Source: Rhodospirillaceae bacterium (lineage in GTDB: Bacteria > Pseudomonadota > Alphaproteobacteria > UBA6615). Taken from it: a stretch of DNA of 64,000 bases. Of the stretch, positions 8,975 to 20,937 are shown one piece after another. Position 1 is the stretch's first letter. The number at the start of each line of letters is the position of its first letter. The stretch is from the NCBI GenBank assembly GCA_018667335.1, contig JABIVD010000029.1, positions 91,381 to 155,380 of the forward strand. The letters are read 5' to 3'. The position numbers and the translations under genes were made by a program. The notes under the pieces were generated by a model that was not told the origin of the DNA, did not search any database, and saw only the letters and a program-made list of their open reading frames with translations.

Positions 8975-9508
8975 ATGGACTTAATCGTCACCCCCGCGCC
9001 CGAACAACAAGCCCATCGCGGCACGCTTGTGCTGTTCGGCGAGAATTATGACTGCGCACTGGGTCGTACAGGCATTCGCCCCGACAAGCACGAAGGTGAC
9101 GGCGCGACACCCGTCGGCCGGTTTGCCCTGCGCGAAATACGCTACCGCGCCGACCGGCTCACGCTGCCCGACACGCCCATTCTCGCAACACCCACCGGAA
9201 AACACGACGGCTGGTGCGACGACCCCGTCGACCCGGCCTACAATCGCGCGGTCGCGCTGCCATATGGCGCATCCGCCGAGCGAATGTGGCGCGACGACGG
9301 CCTCTACGATCTGCTCGTGATCCTCGGCCAAAATGACGCGCCGCCGGTCGCCGGGCTGGGCAGCGCGATCTTCCTGCATTGCGCGAACGTCGGGAACGAC
9401 GGGGAACTGGGGCCCACCGAAGGCTGCATCGCCCTGCCGCGCGACACATTGCTGGCGCTGGTGCCGCGCCTGACCCCGGACATGATGATCGATATCCGTA
9501 CCGATTAG
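8975..9508 (+). CDS. L,D-transpeptidase-fold protein (YkuD/Tlde1-like), no signal peptide
   Basis: C-terminal motif FLHCANVGNDGELGPTEGCIAL resembles the H-x14-17-GC catalytic signature of the L,D-transpeptidase catalytic domain. 177 aa, cytoplasmic-looking N-terminus. Confidence 0.45.
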   Translation: MDLIVTPAPEQQAHRGTLVLFGENYDCALGRTGIRPDKHEGDGATPVGRFALREIRYRADRLTLPDTPILATPTGKHDGWCDDPVDPAYNRAVALPYGASAERMWRDDGLYDLLVILGQNDAPPVAGLGSAIFLHCANVGNDGELGPTEGCIALPRDTLLALVPRLTPDMMIDIRTD

Positions 9509-9541
9509 GCCAGCCAGACCAGGCCTGCCAGATCAGGGCCT

Positions 9542-10264
9542 TTAGGGCTGTGTCACCCGCGGCCCGAACACCCCGGTGCCGACGCGCACATGGGTCGCGC
9601 CGAGCTCGGCCGCCGCCTCAAAATCGGCGGACATGCCCATGCTCAAACCCGACAGGCCGTTGCGCGCCGCGATCTCGCCCAACAATACGAAATGTGGCGG
9701 CGCGGGCTCGTCGACCGGCGGGATACACATCAAGCCCTCGACCGGCAGCTCGAGCGCCCGGCATTCGGCGATAAAGCGATCGGCCTGGGCAGGGACAATG
9801 CCGGCTTTCTGGGACTCCTCGCCTGTGTTGACCTGCACGAAGCACCGGCGCGGCACCCCGATGCGGGCAAACTCCCGCGCCAGATGCTCGGCCAGTTTCG
9901 GCCGGTCGACCGTCTGGATCACATCGAACAGCGCGACCGCATCCTTGACCTTGTTGGTCTGCAGCGGCCCCACGAGGTGAAGCTCGAGGTCTTCGACGCT
10001 GTCTCGTCGCCCCTTCCAATGGGTCTCGGCCTCCTGGACGCGGTTTTCGCCGAACACGCGCTGACCGGCCGCCAGCGCAGCATCGATGCGCTCATCGGGC
10101 TGGGTCTTGCTGATGGCCACCAGCGTGACATCGCCGGGATCCCGCGCTGCGCGCGCGGCCGCAGCGGCGATACGCCCGCGAACCTGTCCCAGGCGCCCCG
10201 CAATATCGGCCTTAATCCCAGCTTCGCCGGAATTTTCATCTTCGTGCGACACAACGCCCTCCAT
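9542..10264 (-). CDS. yggS: YggS-family pyridoxal-phosphate homeostasis protein
   Basis: VTLVAISKTQP, FGENRVQE, LHLVGPLQTNKVK, HVRVGTGVFG are characteristic YggS motifs. The start may be GTG at 10252, which has a GGAGGG SD. Confidence 0.85.
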   Translation of the reverse strand: MEGVVSHEDENSGEAGIKADIAGRLGQVRGRIAAAAARAARDPGDVTLVAISKTQPDERIDAALAAGQRVFGENRVQEAETHWKGRRDSVEDLELHLVGPLQTNKVKDAVALFDVIQTVDRPKLAEHLAREFARIGVPRRCFVQVNTGEESQKAGIVPAQADRFIAECRALELPVEGLMCIPPVDEPAPPHFVLLGEIAARNGLSGLSMGMSADFEAAAELGATHVRVGTGVFGPRVTQP

Positions 10265-10276
10265 TCCTTTAACGCG

Positions 10277-11521
10277 ATGTTCGAGCGCGTCTCATCGTAT
10301 TATAAAGGTGTCATGGGAAATCGAATCGATACATTTGCCGACCTGATCGCGCCCATCGGCGAAGACGAGTTCTTCGCCGAGTATCACGATCAAAAGCCGC
10401 TGCATATTCCGGCGCCCACGCCGGACAAGCTCGACGATGTCATGACGTGGGACGCGTTGAGCGAAATCCTCAACATGACGGCGATCTGGAGCCCGACCAA
10501 TCTGAAGCTCTTTCTCGATTCCAACGCCGTCCCCGTCGAAAAATATTGCCGCCCGGCCATCGACCGCAACAATCAGCAAACGATGCAGCCCGACGCCGAG
10601 AAGGTCAAAAGCTGGCTGCGCCGCGGCGCCTCCATCGTGGCCAATGACATCGACACGCTCACACCCGGACTGATCGCCGTCACCGACGCGCTTGAGCGGC
10701 GGCTCAGCGCGAAGGTGCAAAGCAACCTTTACTGCTCATGGCAGCAGCACCAGGCATTCCCGACCCATTTCGACACCCATGAGGTGTTCGCCCTGCATGT
10801 CGCCGGCGAGAAGGTCTGGAAAATCTACGAAGGCCGCCTCGAGAACCCGATCGCCAACGACGCCTACAAGAATGTCGACGATGCGTTCAACGAGCAGAAC
10901 CGCGGCGCGCTGCTGGATGAAGTCACGCTGCGGCCGGGCGACGTCCTCTATATTCCGCGCGGTCAGTATCACGATGCGCTGGCATCGAGCGATGGATGCA
11001 TCCACCTGTCGTTTGGCGTCACTCATGTCATCGGCTTCGATGTGATGACGATGCTGTTCGAGTACGCGCTCGCCGACCCGGCATTCCGCGCCAATATCCC
11101 GATGCCGGGCGCGGGCGACGGTGCGCAAGGCGCCTGGATCGACGATCTGGCCGATCGGCTCGCCAGGATCGGCAAGAGCGATGGCTTCAAGGCCTCGATC
11201 GCACCAATGCACGCCGCGCACCACTATCATCGCGGCGGGTTCAATTTGCCCGACGATGCGCTGGCGGAGAACGGCGAGGACCGTTTCGGGGTCTCGGTGA
11301 AAAGCCTCAAGATCCTGCACAAGGACGGCAAGGCGCTGCTGGAGAGCGACAAGGGCCAGGTGCCAATCCCGAATGACATCGTCGACCCTGTTGCGTGGAT
11401 CGTCGAGGCGGGACAGTTTTCGGGCGACGAGTTCGCCGAAGCGTTCCCGGGTCTCGCGGCGGCGGCGCGAACCAAGTTGATTCAGGACCTCGCCTCGATG
11501 CGGGTCATCGCGCCGCTATAG
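10277..11521 (+). CDS. cupin-4 / JmjC-domain Fe(II)/2OG oxygenase (ribosomal-oxygenase-like)
   Basis: HxD...H motif in PTHFDTHEVFALHVAGEKVWKIY, similar to YcfD/RoxA-type HFD.YDVF..Q..G.K.W. ORF track extends to 9590 antisense to yggS; true start taken at ATG 10277 (alternative 10313). Confidence 0.7.
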   Translation: MFERVSSYYKGVMGNRIDTFADLIAPIGEDEFFAEYHDQKPLHIPAPTPDKLDDVMTWDALSEILNMTAIWSPTNLKLFLDSNAVPVEKYCRPAIDRNNQQTMQPDAEKVKSWLRRGASIVANDIDTLTPGLIAVTDALERRLSAKVQSNLYCSWQQHQAFPTHFDTHEVFALHVAGEKVWKIYEGRLENPIANDAYKNVDDAFNEQNRGALLDEVTLRPGDVLYIPRGQYHDALASSDGCIHLSFGVTHVIGFDVMTMLFEYALADPAFRANIPMPGAGDGAQGAWIDDLADRLARIGKSDGFKASIAPMHAAHHYHRGGFNLPDDALAENGEDRFGVSVKSLKILHKDGKALLESDKGQVPIPNDIVDPVAWIVEAGQFSGDEFAEAFPGLAAAARTKLIQDLASMRVIAPL

Positions 11522-11552
11522 GCGCGCGGCCAAGAAGCACGGCAAATCACAC

Positions 11553-13691
11553 ATGAGCGAGACCTCAAACGGCTCAAAGCCCGACCTTTCGGGCGCATTG
11601 AGAATGCACCAGACCGGCAATTTCGAAGCCGCGCAGAAGGCTTATGAGGCAGTACTCGAAGCCCATCCGGACCATGCCGACGCCGAAAACCTGCTGGGTG
11701 TCCTGCACGGGCAACGCGGCCGCCTGTCCGAAGCGATGGCGCGGTTCACCCGGGCCACCGAGCTCGAGCCGACCAACGCCGTTTTCTGGTTCCATCGCGG
11801 GGAATGCGCCCGCCAGCAGGAACAGATAGAAGATGCGGTGGATTGGTACCGCGCCGCACTCCGCATTCAGCCCCAGTACAAAGACGCGTTCGCCAATCTG
11901 GCGGCTGTGCTCGCGCGGGCCGACCGATACGAAGACCTCATCCAGCTTGTGCGGGGGGGGCTCGATGCGAACCCTGAGGCGACCGACCACCTGATTCAGG
12001 TGGGACAGGATATTCTGGCGCGCCGAGAATCTGATGCCGCCGCACAGCTTTTCGAGTTTCTCCTCCCGCGCCGCCCGGAAGATCCGGTCCTGGTGCGCAA
12101 TCTATCCGCCGCACTGCTGCGCCAGGGTCGGATGGAAGAGGCGCTTACACATCTGCAGAAGCTGGTCCGGACACGGCCCGACTGGCCCGATGGCCTCCAC
12201 CTCCTGGGCCTCTGCTTCGAAGAGCTGGGCCAGAGCGAACTCGCCGCGGAAGCGCTGTCAGACGCTCTCAAGCTGGAGCCCGGGCGAACCGACTCCGCGC
12301 TGGCGCTCGTCAGGGTCCACGAGCAGCGCCGGGACCCGCAGGCCGCGCGCAACACGATCGATGCAGCCCTGGCGACCAGCCCAAACGAACCACGAATGCT
12401 GGCCCGCCTCGCGGAACATCTCGAACGAGTGTCGCGCCTCGACGAAGCGAAACAGGCCGCCGCCAAGGCCCTGCAATACGATGCGCACGAGCCGATGGCG
12501 CATACGGTCCTGGTCCAAACGGCGGTGAGAGAGAAAGATTTCAAGCTTGCGCGTGAACGGGTCCAGGCCAGCCGGGACATCATTCGCGGTACTGCGGCGG
12601 AGCTGCGCTTCTCACACGCTGCCGGACGCGTTTGTGAGGCAACCGGCGAATACGAAGACGCCTTCAACTTCTACAGCCGCGCCAATGAATTGTTTCGCGA
12701 CCTGCCGCGCGCCCGCCAGGTAAAGGCGCAAGAGCACCTGGCCAACCTGCAGGCCAGCCGGCGCGCATTCGAGGAGTCCGACCTGGACCTTGCAGCGCTC
12801 TTGAGAGAACCGCCCGCGCAGACCAACGCGCGCCCGGCAGCCAGCGACGATCACCCAACAAAACCAGGGTCGCTGATCTTCCTGGTGGGGCTCCCGCGAT
12901 CCGGCACCACCATGCTCGAAAGGCTCGTCAGCGAAGGCCCGAATGTCCACATATCCGACGAACGACCGACAATGGCGCGGACTCTGGCGCGGTGTTTCGA
13001 CATCACGGGCAGTCCATTTCTGAGCCCCGAAGCGCTCGGCCGATTGACCGAGGAAAACATCGAAGAGCTTCGTTCCCTTTACTGGGACAGCGTTTCAACG
13101 ATGATTCCACCCGCGATGACGCCCGGCGCCGTTCTGGTCGACAAGAACCCGATGAGCATCGTCAGCCTCCCGCTGATCGCACGCATGTTTCCCGATTCTC
13201 CCATTCTTGTGATTTTCCGGGATCCCCGCGATGTCTGTTTGAGTTGCTTCACGACCGAGTTCAAACTCAATCGGACCACGCGGCTGTTCGCCGACATGCA
13301 GGATACGGTGGCATTGTATGAGGCCGTTTGGGGCCTCTGGCGCGCGTTCGCGCCGGCGCTGCACCATCAAACGAAGACCGTCTACTACGAGACGCTGACC
13401 GCCGACGTCAGCGCCCTGTTGCCTGAGATCCTGCGGTTTTGCGGCCTCGACCCTGCCACGACGAACCAGGATGACCAGCCATCTGGAACCCCGGGCGACA
13501 CCCCGGACGACGCCAAGGCCGGCACCCGGGTCGGGGAATGGGTGAATACCGCGAGCTACAATTCCGTCGTCGAACCGGTGCATCAACGCGCCGTTGCACG
13601 GTGGAAAAACTTTGAGCCGTTCCTGGGGCCGGAATTCGAGACACTCGCGCCCTACGCCGCACGGCTAAACAAGGATTCAGCGCTGGGATAG
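11553..13691 (+). CDS. TPR-repeat protein with C-terminal sulfotransferase domain
   Basis: Multiple TPR-like repeats (AYEAVLEAHPDHADAENLLGVLHG...). C-terminal LIFLVGLPRSGTTMLER is a 5'-PSB/PAPS-binding loop of sulfotransferases; downstream IFRDPRDV resembles the 3'-PB motif. Confidence 0.75.
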   Translation: MSETSNGSKPDLSGALRMHQTGNFEAAQKAYEAVLEAHPDHADAENLLGVLHGQRGRLSEAMARFTRATELEPTNAVFWFHRGECARQQEQIEDAVDWYRAALRIQPQYKDAFANLAAVLARADRYEDLIQLVRGGLDANPEATDHLIQVGQDILARRESDAAAQLFEFLLPRRPEDPVLVRNLSAALLRQGRMEEALTHLQKLVRTRPDWPDGLHLLGLCFEELGQSELAAEALSDALKLEPGRTDSALALVRVHEQRRDPQAARNTIDAALATSPNEPRMLARLAEHLERVSRLDEAKQAAAKALQYDAHEPMAHTVLVQTAVREKDFKLARERVQASRDIIRGTAAELRFSHAAGRVCEATGEYEDAFNFYSRANELFRDLPRARQVKAQEHLANLQASRRAFEESDLDLAALLREPPAQTNARPAASDDHPTKPGSLIFLVGLPRSGTTMLERLVSEGPNVHISDERPTMARTLARCFDITGSPFLSPEALGRLTEENIEELRSLYWDSVSTMIPPAMTPGAVLVDKNPMSIVSLPLIARMFPDSPILVIFRDPRDVCLSCFTTEFKLNRTTRLFADMQDTVALYEAVWGLWRAFAPALHHQTKTVYYETLTADVSALLPEILRFCGLDPATTNQDDQPSGTPGDTPDDAKAGTRVGEWVNTASYNSVVEPVHQRAVARWKNFEPFLGPEFETLAPYAARLNKDSALG

Positions 13692-13832
13692 ACAATCTCA
13701 ACGATTCAAGGCGCTTACCAACTGTTGTTTAAATGCAACAATCGATGGAATTCGTTGCGGAAAAATCACGGATTTCATTGCAACGCCCGGACTTCCGGAG
13801 TTTTATCCTTCGCAAGGCTTCGCAACTAGTGT

Positions 13833-13854
13833 CTGGCGTCCGCGAAAACGCCAG
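13833..13854 (+). promoter_or_regulatory. inverted repeat (ctggcgt-N8-acgccag) in porin 5' leader
   Basis: Perfect 7-bp stem seen in sequence about 70 nt upstream of the porin ATG. GGAGG SD at 13914-13918. Confidence 0.3.
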
Positions 13855-13924
13855 TTGTGTCGAAGCTGAATCGGGCCCTTAGGGCCAATCGCGGACGCAA
13901 GTCCATGATCTTGGAGGTTTAATT

Positions 13925-15091
13925 ATGAAGAAGACTCTACTAGCCACGACGGCTTTGGTGGGTGCTTCGCTTCTCGCTGCTCCGGCAAATGCCGGCACGG
14001 TGGGTTCGAAGGACCAGATGAATGTAACACTCGGCGGAATCTTTTGGTTCTCCGCGTACCTGAAGGATGAGGACGTTTCCACGCTTAACCGTGGCGTCGG
14101 CTTCACCGTCAGTGAGTCCGAAGTATGGTTCGGCGCTTCTGCTACTGCCGACAACGGCATCAAGTATGGCGTCAACATCGAGCTGAACGGCGGCGCTGCC
14201 GACGGTACTGCAGCTGATGAAGCTTGGGCGTTCCTGGACAGCGATGCCTGGGGCCGTATTGAGCTTGGCGACCAGGACGATGCCACGAACCGTATGCAGC
14301 TTGGCGCGTGGAACGCGGCCAAGGGTGCTGGCGGACCGTTCGGTGGTCTGGGTGACCTGAACACCGTGTTCGGTGGTGCAGGCTCAGACGCCCTGCAGGC
14401 CCGTGCTGACTGGCAGGTCCTGACGACCTCGGATGCCACGAAGGCGACCTACTTCTCGCCGCGTTTCTCCGGTTTCCAGATCGGTGCTTCTTGGACCCCG
14501 GATTCGGGTGCGGCTTCGGGCGGCGCCGCAGTTGCTGATTCCGACTCCGATGGCGATCTCGAGAACGTGTTCGGCGTGTCTGCCAACTATGTCGGCAAGT
14601 TCGACAATGTTGGTGTTGGCGTTTCTGTCGGCTGGGAAGGCGGCACCGATGAGACCGCCGGTGGTGCTGAAAACGAGGATCTCTCGGTCTTCGGTGTCGG
14701 CGGTAGGGTCGACTTCGCTGGCTTCACGGTCGGCGCTCACTATCGCGACTATGGCGACACGTTCCTCACCGCTGCCCAGACGGCTGCTGGTGCGGACTCG
14801 GGTAACCAGTGGAGCGTTGGTGCTGGCTATCAGGCCGGTCCGTGGGGTGTCAGTGCATGGTACCTCAAGGGTGAGAAAGACAACTCGACCCTCACTTCGG
14901 CGGCTGGCGCGACTGACACGGAGATCGTTCGTTACGGACTCGGTGCTGGTTATGCCGTGGCACCGGGTTGGGCACTGCGCGCGGAACTCACGTTCCTCAA
15001 GCATGACAACCCGACGACTGCTGCCGGTGTTGGCGGTACGACCGACAACGACGGTAAGGGCTTCCTGCTCGTCAACCGTTTCGTCTTCTAA
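13925..15091 (+). CDS. outer-membrane porin (alphaproteobacterial porin family)
   Basis: Signal peptide MKKTLLATTALVGASLLAAPANA. Gly/Ala/Asp-rich amphipathic beta-strand pattern. C-terminal aromatic residue (NRFVF). Strong SD. Confidence 0.75.
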   Translation: MKKTLLATTALVGASLLAAPANAGTVGSKDQMNVTLGGIFWFSAYLKDEDVSTLNRGVGFTVSESEVWFGASATADNGIKYGVNIELNGGAADGTAADEAWAFLDSDAWGRIELGDQDDATNRMQLGAWNAAKGAGGPFGGLGDLNTVFGGAGSDALQARADWQVLTTSDATKATYFSPRFSGFQIGASWTPDSGAASGGAAVADSDSDGDLENVFGVSANYVGKFDNVGVGVSVGWEGGTDETAGGAENEDLSVFGVGGRVDFAGFTVGAHYRDYGDTFLTAAQTAAGADSGNQWSVGAGYQAGPWGVSAWYLKGEKDNSTLTSAAGATDTEIVRYGLGAGYAVAPGWALRAELTFLKHDNPTTAAGVGGTTDNDGKGFLLVNRFVF

Positions 15092-15116
15092 AGCTTCTTT
15101 ACAGCTTGACGAGAAA

Positions 15117-15150
15117 GCAGGGCGGCAGATTACTGTCGCCCTGTTTTTTT
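15117..15150 (+). terminator. intrinsic terminator downstream of porin
   Basis: Hairpin cagggcggcag-attac-tgtcgccctg followed by a TTTTTTT run. Confidence 0.65.
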
Positions 15151-15200
15151 GTGCCTGAATCTCTGCTAATGATTCGGTATTGATTTCATGACGCCACAGA

Positions 15201-15746
15201 ATGTCTGAAACAGCTGCATATCGGGTTCGAACCATGAGTCCCAAACATACTTTGCGCGTTGCCGCCGTCCTCCTCCTGATGGGCCTGACGGCATGCGCGG
15301 GCATAGAGTCAGAACGCGCCGACGCCGATGACTTCGAGGACAAAGATATCAAGAGCGGCGGCAAGCTGTTCGGCGATATTAACCTGCTTGGTGGTGGCGA
15401 CGATGAACCCACAAACTCTGGCATCGGCGTAAACGCATTCCTGTGGCGGGCATCACTCGACACGCTTTCGTTCCTGCCGCTGTCATCGGCCGACCCATTT
15501 GGTGGCGTCATAATCACGGACTGGTACGCACCGCCGGAAAGCCCGGAAGAGCGGTTCAAGGTTACCGTCTTCATTCTGGGCAGAGAGCTCCGGTCCGACG
15601 GCGTCCGCGTCTCCGTGTTCCGCCAGAAACGGGATGATGGTGCCGGGTGGCTGGACGCGAACACCGGCAAGAACACATCGACCAGCCTCGAGAATGCAAT
15701 TCTCACACGCGCGCGCGAGCTGCGAATCTCCCAGCCGGGCGGCTAG
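15201..15746 (+). CDS. lipoprotein (possibly DUF3576-like, upstream of leuS)
   Basis: Lipobox LLMGLTACAG. Alternative ATG at 15234 (MSPKHTL...). Confidence 0.55.
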   Translation: MSETAAYRVRTMSPKHTLRVAAVLLLMGLTACAGIESERADADDFEDKDIKSGGKLFGDINLLGGGDDEPTNSGIGVNAFLWRASLDTLSFLPLSSADPFGGVIITDWYAPPESPEERFKVTVFILGRELRSDGVRVSVFRQKRDDGAGWLDANTGKNTSTSLENAILTRARELRISQPGG

Positions 15747-15838
15747 CGGAGTACGTCGCCGTTCGATCCTGTAATCCAACAACAATTTCTCTGAGCCGCC
15801 GCGCCTGAGCACTTCAGGCGCCGAGAAGGTTTCCGGCC

Positions 15839-18421
<2,583 letters not shown>

Positions 18422-18934
18422 GTTGCGCATCCTTCTTGTCGCGGCCCTGTTTGGCCTGTCCGCCTGCGGGTTCGAACCGCTCTATGGCGAGCAGGATAAT
18501 GGCGCTGCAACGGAAGACCTGATGAGCCGTGTCTTCGTACCGCCGATCGCCGATCGCCTCGGCCAGCTCGTCCGCATTGAACTGACAAACCGGCTTACCC
18601 CGCGACCCGCCCAGGAACCGCTTTACGTTGTCAGCGTCGAGGTGTCCGAGGCCCGGCAGGGCCTGGCGGTTCGCCGTGACGACAGTGCAACCCGCGCGAA
18701 CCTGATCTTGAACGCCCAGTTTGTTTTAAGTCGGACTAGTGGGGGCGATCCCCTGTTGTCGGGTGAAATCCGATCGACCAATGGCTTTGATATTCTGGTA
18801 TCCGACTTTGCGACCCTCGCCGCCAAGAAGGACGCGCGCCGCCGGGGTGCGCGAGACATCGCCGATGGGATCGTCGATCGGCTCTCGCTATTCCTGTCGC
18901 GACAGAATATCTCGGCAACGGCCCCCGCCCAACG

Positions 18935-19972
18935 ATGAAGGTCTCGGCCGGACGCGTCGCTGGTTTTGTCGCAAACCCGGATCCGGGCATCTCTGCCATA
19001 CTGGTATATGGCCCCAATGCCGGGCTCGTACGCGAGTATTGCAATAGCCTGGCCCGCCAGATCCTGGATGACCCGTCGGATCCATTCCGGGCCGCGGAAC
19101 TTACCGGGGCGGCAATTGCGGACACCCCGACCCGGCTGGCCGACGAATTGCTCGCCCTTTCATTCGGCGGCGACCGGCGCCTCGTGACCGTCCGCGATGG
19201 GGCGGACGGGCTGACCAAAAGTCTCGAAAGCGCATTGGATGCCGGCGCGGAGGCGGACATGAACGCCGTTGCGTTGATCGAGGCGGGCGCACTCACAGGC
19301 CGGTCCAGCCTGCGGAAACTCTGCGAAAAACGTGACGATTGCGCCGCCCTGCCCTGTTACGCCGACGACGAAGAGGCGCGCGCAAGGCTTGCCCGGGGTT
19401 TGTTGTCGGAGGCCGGTATCGGCATCGATTCCGATGTGCTGCGGACCCTCACCGGGTTTCTCGGCGACGACCGGCTCTCCAACCGGCGCGAGATTGAGAA
19501 ACTGGTCCTGTTTGTCGGCCCCGAACAAACGGCCAAGGAGGCCGACGTTCTTGCCGCCGTGGGGGATATCGGGGCAACGACCCTGGACGATACGGTGTTC
19601 GCCGCGGCGGGCGGCGATATCGGACAACTCGACCGGGCCATCGAGCGATTTTGGGCCGAGGGCGGAGAGCCGATAGGTCTGATCCGCGCCACCCAGCGTC
19701 ATTTCCAGCGGCTCCATCGGGTCGCGGGACAGATGGAATCCGGGATCCGCTATGAGGAGGCAGCGAAGAAGCTGCGGCCGCCGGTGTTCTGGAAACAATC
19801 GGGACCGTTCCAGCACCAGGCGCGCAACTGGTCACGTGGCCAGCTGGAACTTGCCCTCGCGCGTCTCGGCGAGGCCGAACTGGTGCTCAAGACAACCGGA
19901 GTACCGTCTCATGCGGCGTGCGGCCGCACGCTCTACGCCATCGCCAGCATGCGACGCTCAAGACCGACATAA
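18935..19972 (+). CDS. holA: DNA polymerase III delta subunit
   Basis: N-terminus MKVSAGRVAGFVANPDPGISAILVYGPNAGLV typical of HolA. Overlaps the lptE stop. Confidence 0.85.
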   Translation: MKVSAGRVAGFVANPDPGISAILVYGPNAGLVREYCNSLARQILDDPSDPFRAAELTGAAIADTPTRLADELLALSFGGDRRLVTVRDGADGLTKSLESALDAGAEADMNAVALIEAGALTGRSSLRKLCEKRDDCAALPCYADDEEARARLARGLLSEAGIGIDSDVLRTLTGFLGDDRLSNRREIEKLVLFVGPEQTAKEADVLAAVGDIGATTLDDTVFAAAGGDIGQLDRAIERFWAEGGEPIGLIRATQRHFQRLHRVAGQMESGIRYEEAAKKLRPPVFWKQSGPFQHQARNWSRGQLELALARLGEAELVLKTTGVPSHAACGRTLYAIASMRRSRPT

Positions 19973-19986
19973 GTCATTGTAATATA

Positions 19987-20937
19987 TTATTTATTGGTTT
20001 TTTCGGGGATTCCGATCCCGTCGTTCCCCGGGGACGCGCCGGCCTCAGGACGGCCGTTACGATTCAACCGCCGAAGAACGTCATCGAGTTGATCAAACGA
20101 CTTGAATTCGATCGCCAGGACGCCCTGGCCTGAACTTTCGTCACCGCGTGCGTTGATCGACACCTTCAGGCCGAGAACATCCGACAGGTCGCGCTCAAGT
20201 GCGAGCGTATCCGTACTTTTCTCGGGCTTATTCTTCTTCGATGCCTTGCGTCCACCGGATTTGCTAACCCGCCCCTCGATATCCCGGACAGTCATTCCGT
20301 CGCGGGCGATCTGTCGGGCAAGGGCCACAGCGTCTTCACGCCCCACGAGTGCCCGCGCATGACCGGCGGTCAACTCGCCGCGGTCAATCATCTGCCGAAC
20401 CTCGTCGGGCAGGGTCAGCAAACGCAACAAATTGGCGATATGGCTGCGGCTTTTGCCCATGGCCTTGGCCAGCGCATCCTGCGTGTGGGAGAAATGATCC
20501 ATCAGCCGTTGATAGCCCTCGGCCTCCTCGATCGGCGAGAGGTCCTCACGCTGGATATTCTCGATCAGGGCGACTTCGAGCGCCGCCTGATCGTCGAGCT
20601 CGCGGATTATGACCGGGACTTCGTGCAATTTCGCACGCTGTGCGGCACGCCAGCGCCGTTCCCCGGCGATAATTTCATACAGATCCGCCTGCACGGGATC
20701 GCGCCGGACGAGAATGGGCTGGAGGATACCCTTCTCGCGCACGGACTCGACGAGCGATGCGAGTTCGGCCTCGTCGAAATTCGTCCGCGGCTGGAACCGG
20801 CCGGGGTGGAGTTGCTCGATCGGCAGCTCACGCGCCGGCCTGGCCTTGTCCAGTTCCTGATAGTCTTCGCTGTCGTCCCCCAGGAGGGCCGACAGACCGC
20901 GGCCGAGGCGGGGCCTTGAGGTGGGCTCGCTCATTCG
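19987..20937 (-). CDS. parB: chromosome-partitioning protein ParB
   Basis: ParB box LVESVREKGILQPILVR. HTH region. N-terminus MSEPTSRPRLGRGLSALL. The start overlaps the parA stop. Confidence 0.9.
   Translation of the reverse strand, partial: RMSEPTSRPRLGRGLSALLGDDSEDYQELDKARPARELPIEQLHPGRFQPRTNFDEAELASLVESVREKGILQPILVRRDPVQADLYEIIAGERRWRAAQRAKLHEVPVIIRELDDQAALEVALIENIQREDLSPIEEAEGYQRLMDHFSHTQDALAKAMGKSRSHIANLLRLLTLPDEVRQMIDRGELTAGHARALVGREDAVALARQIARDGMTVRDIEGRVSKSGGRKASKKNKPEKSTDTLALERDLSDVLGLKVSINARGDESSGQGVLAIEFKSFDQLDDVLRRLNRNGRPEAGASPGNDGIGIPEKTNK

Noticed and set aside
9590-10276. 5' extension of the 643-aa ORF (9590..11521) running antisense through yggS
   Set aside because: The extension has no recognisable motifs and overlaps a well-supported yggS on the other strand. 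The cupin gene most plausibly starts at ATG 10277 or 10313.
14384-15706. 440-aa minus-strand ORF across the porin and lipoprotein genes
   Set aside because: Ser/Arg-rich antisense translation. The porin has a signal peptide, SD and terminator on the plus strand.
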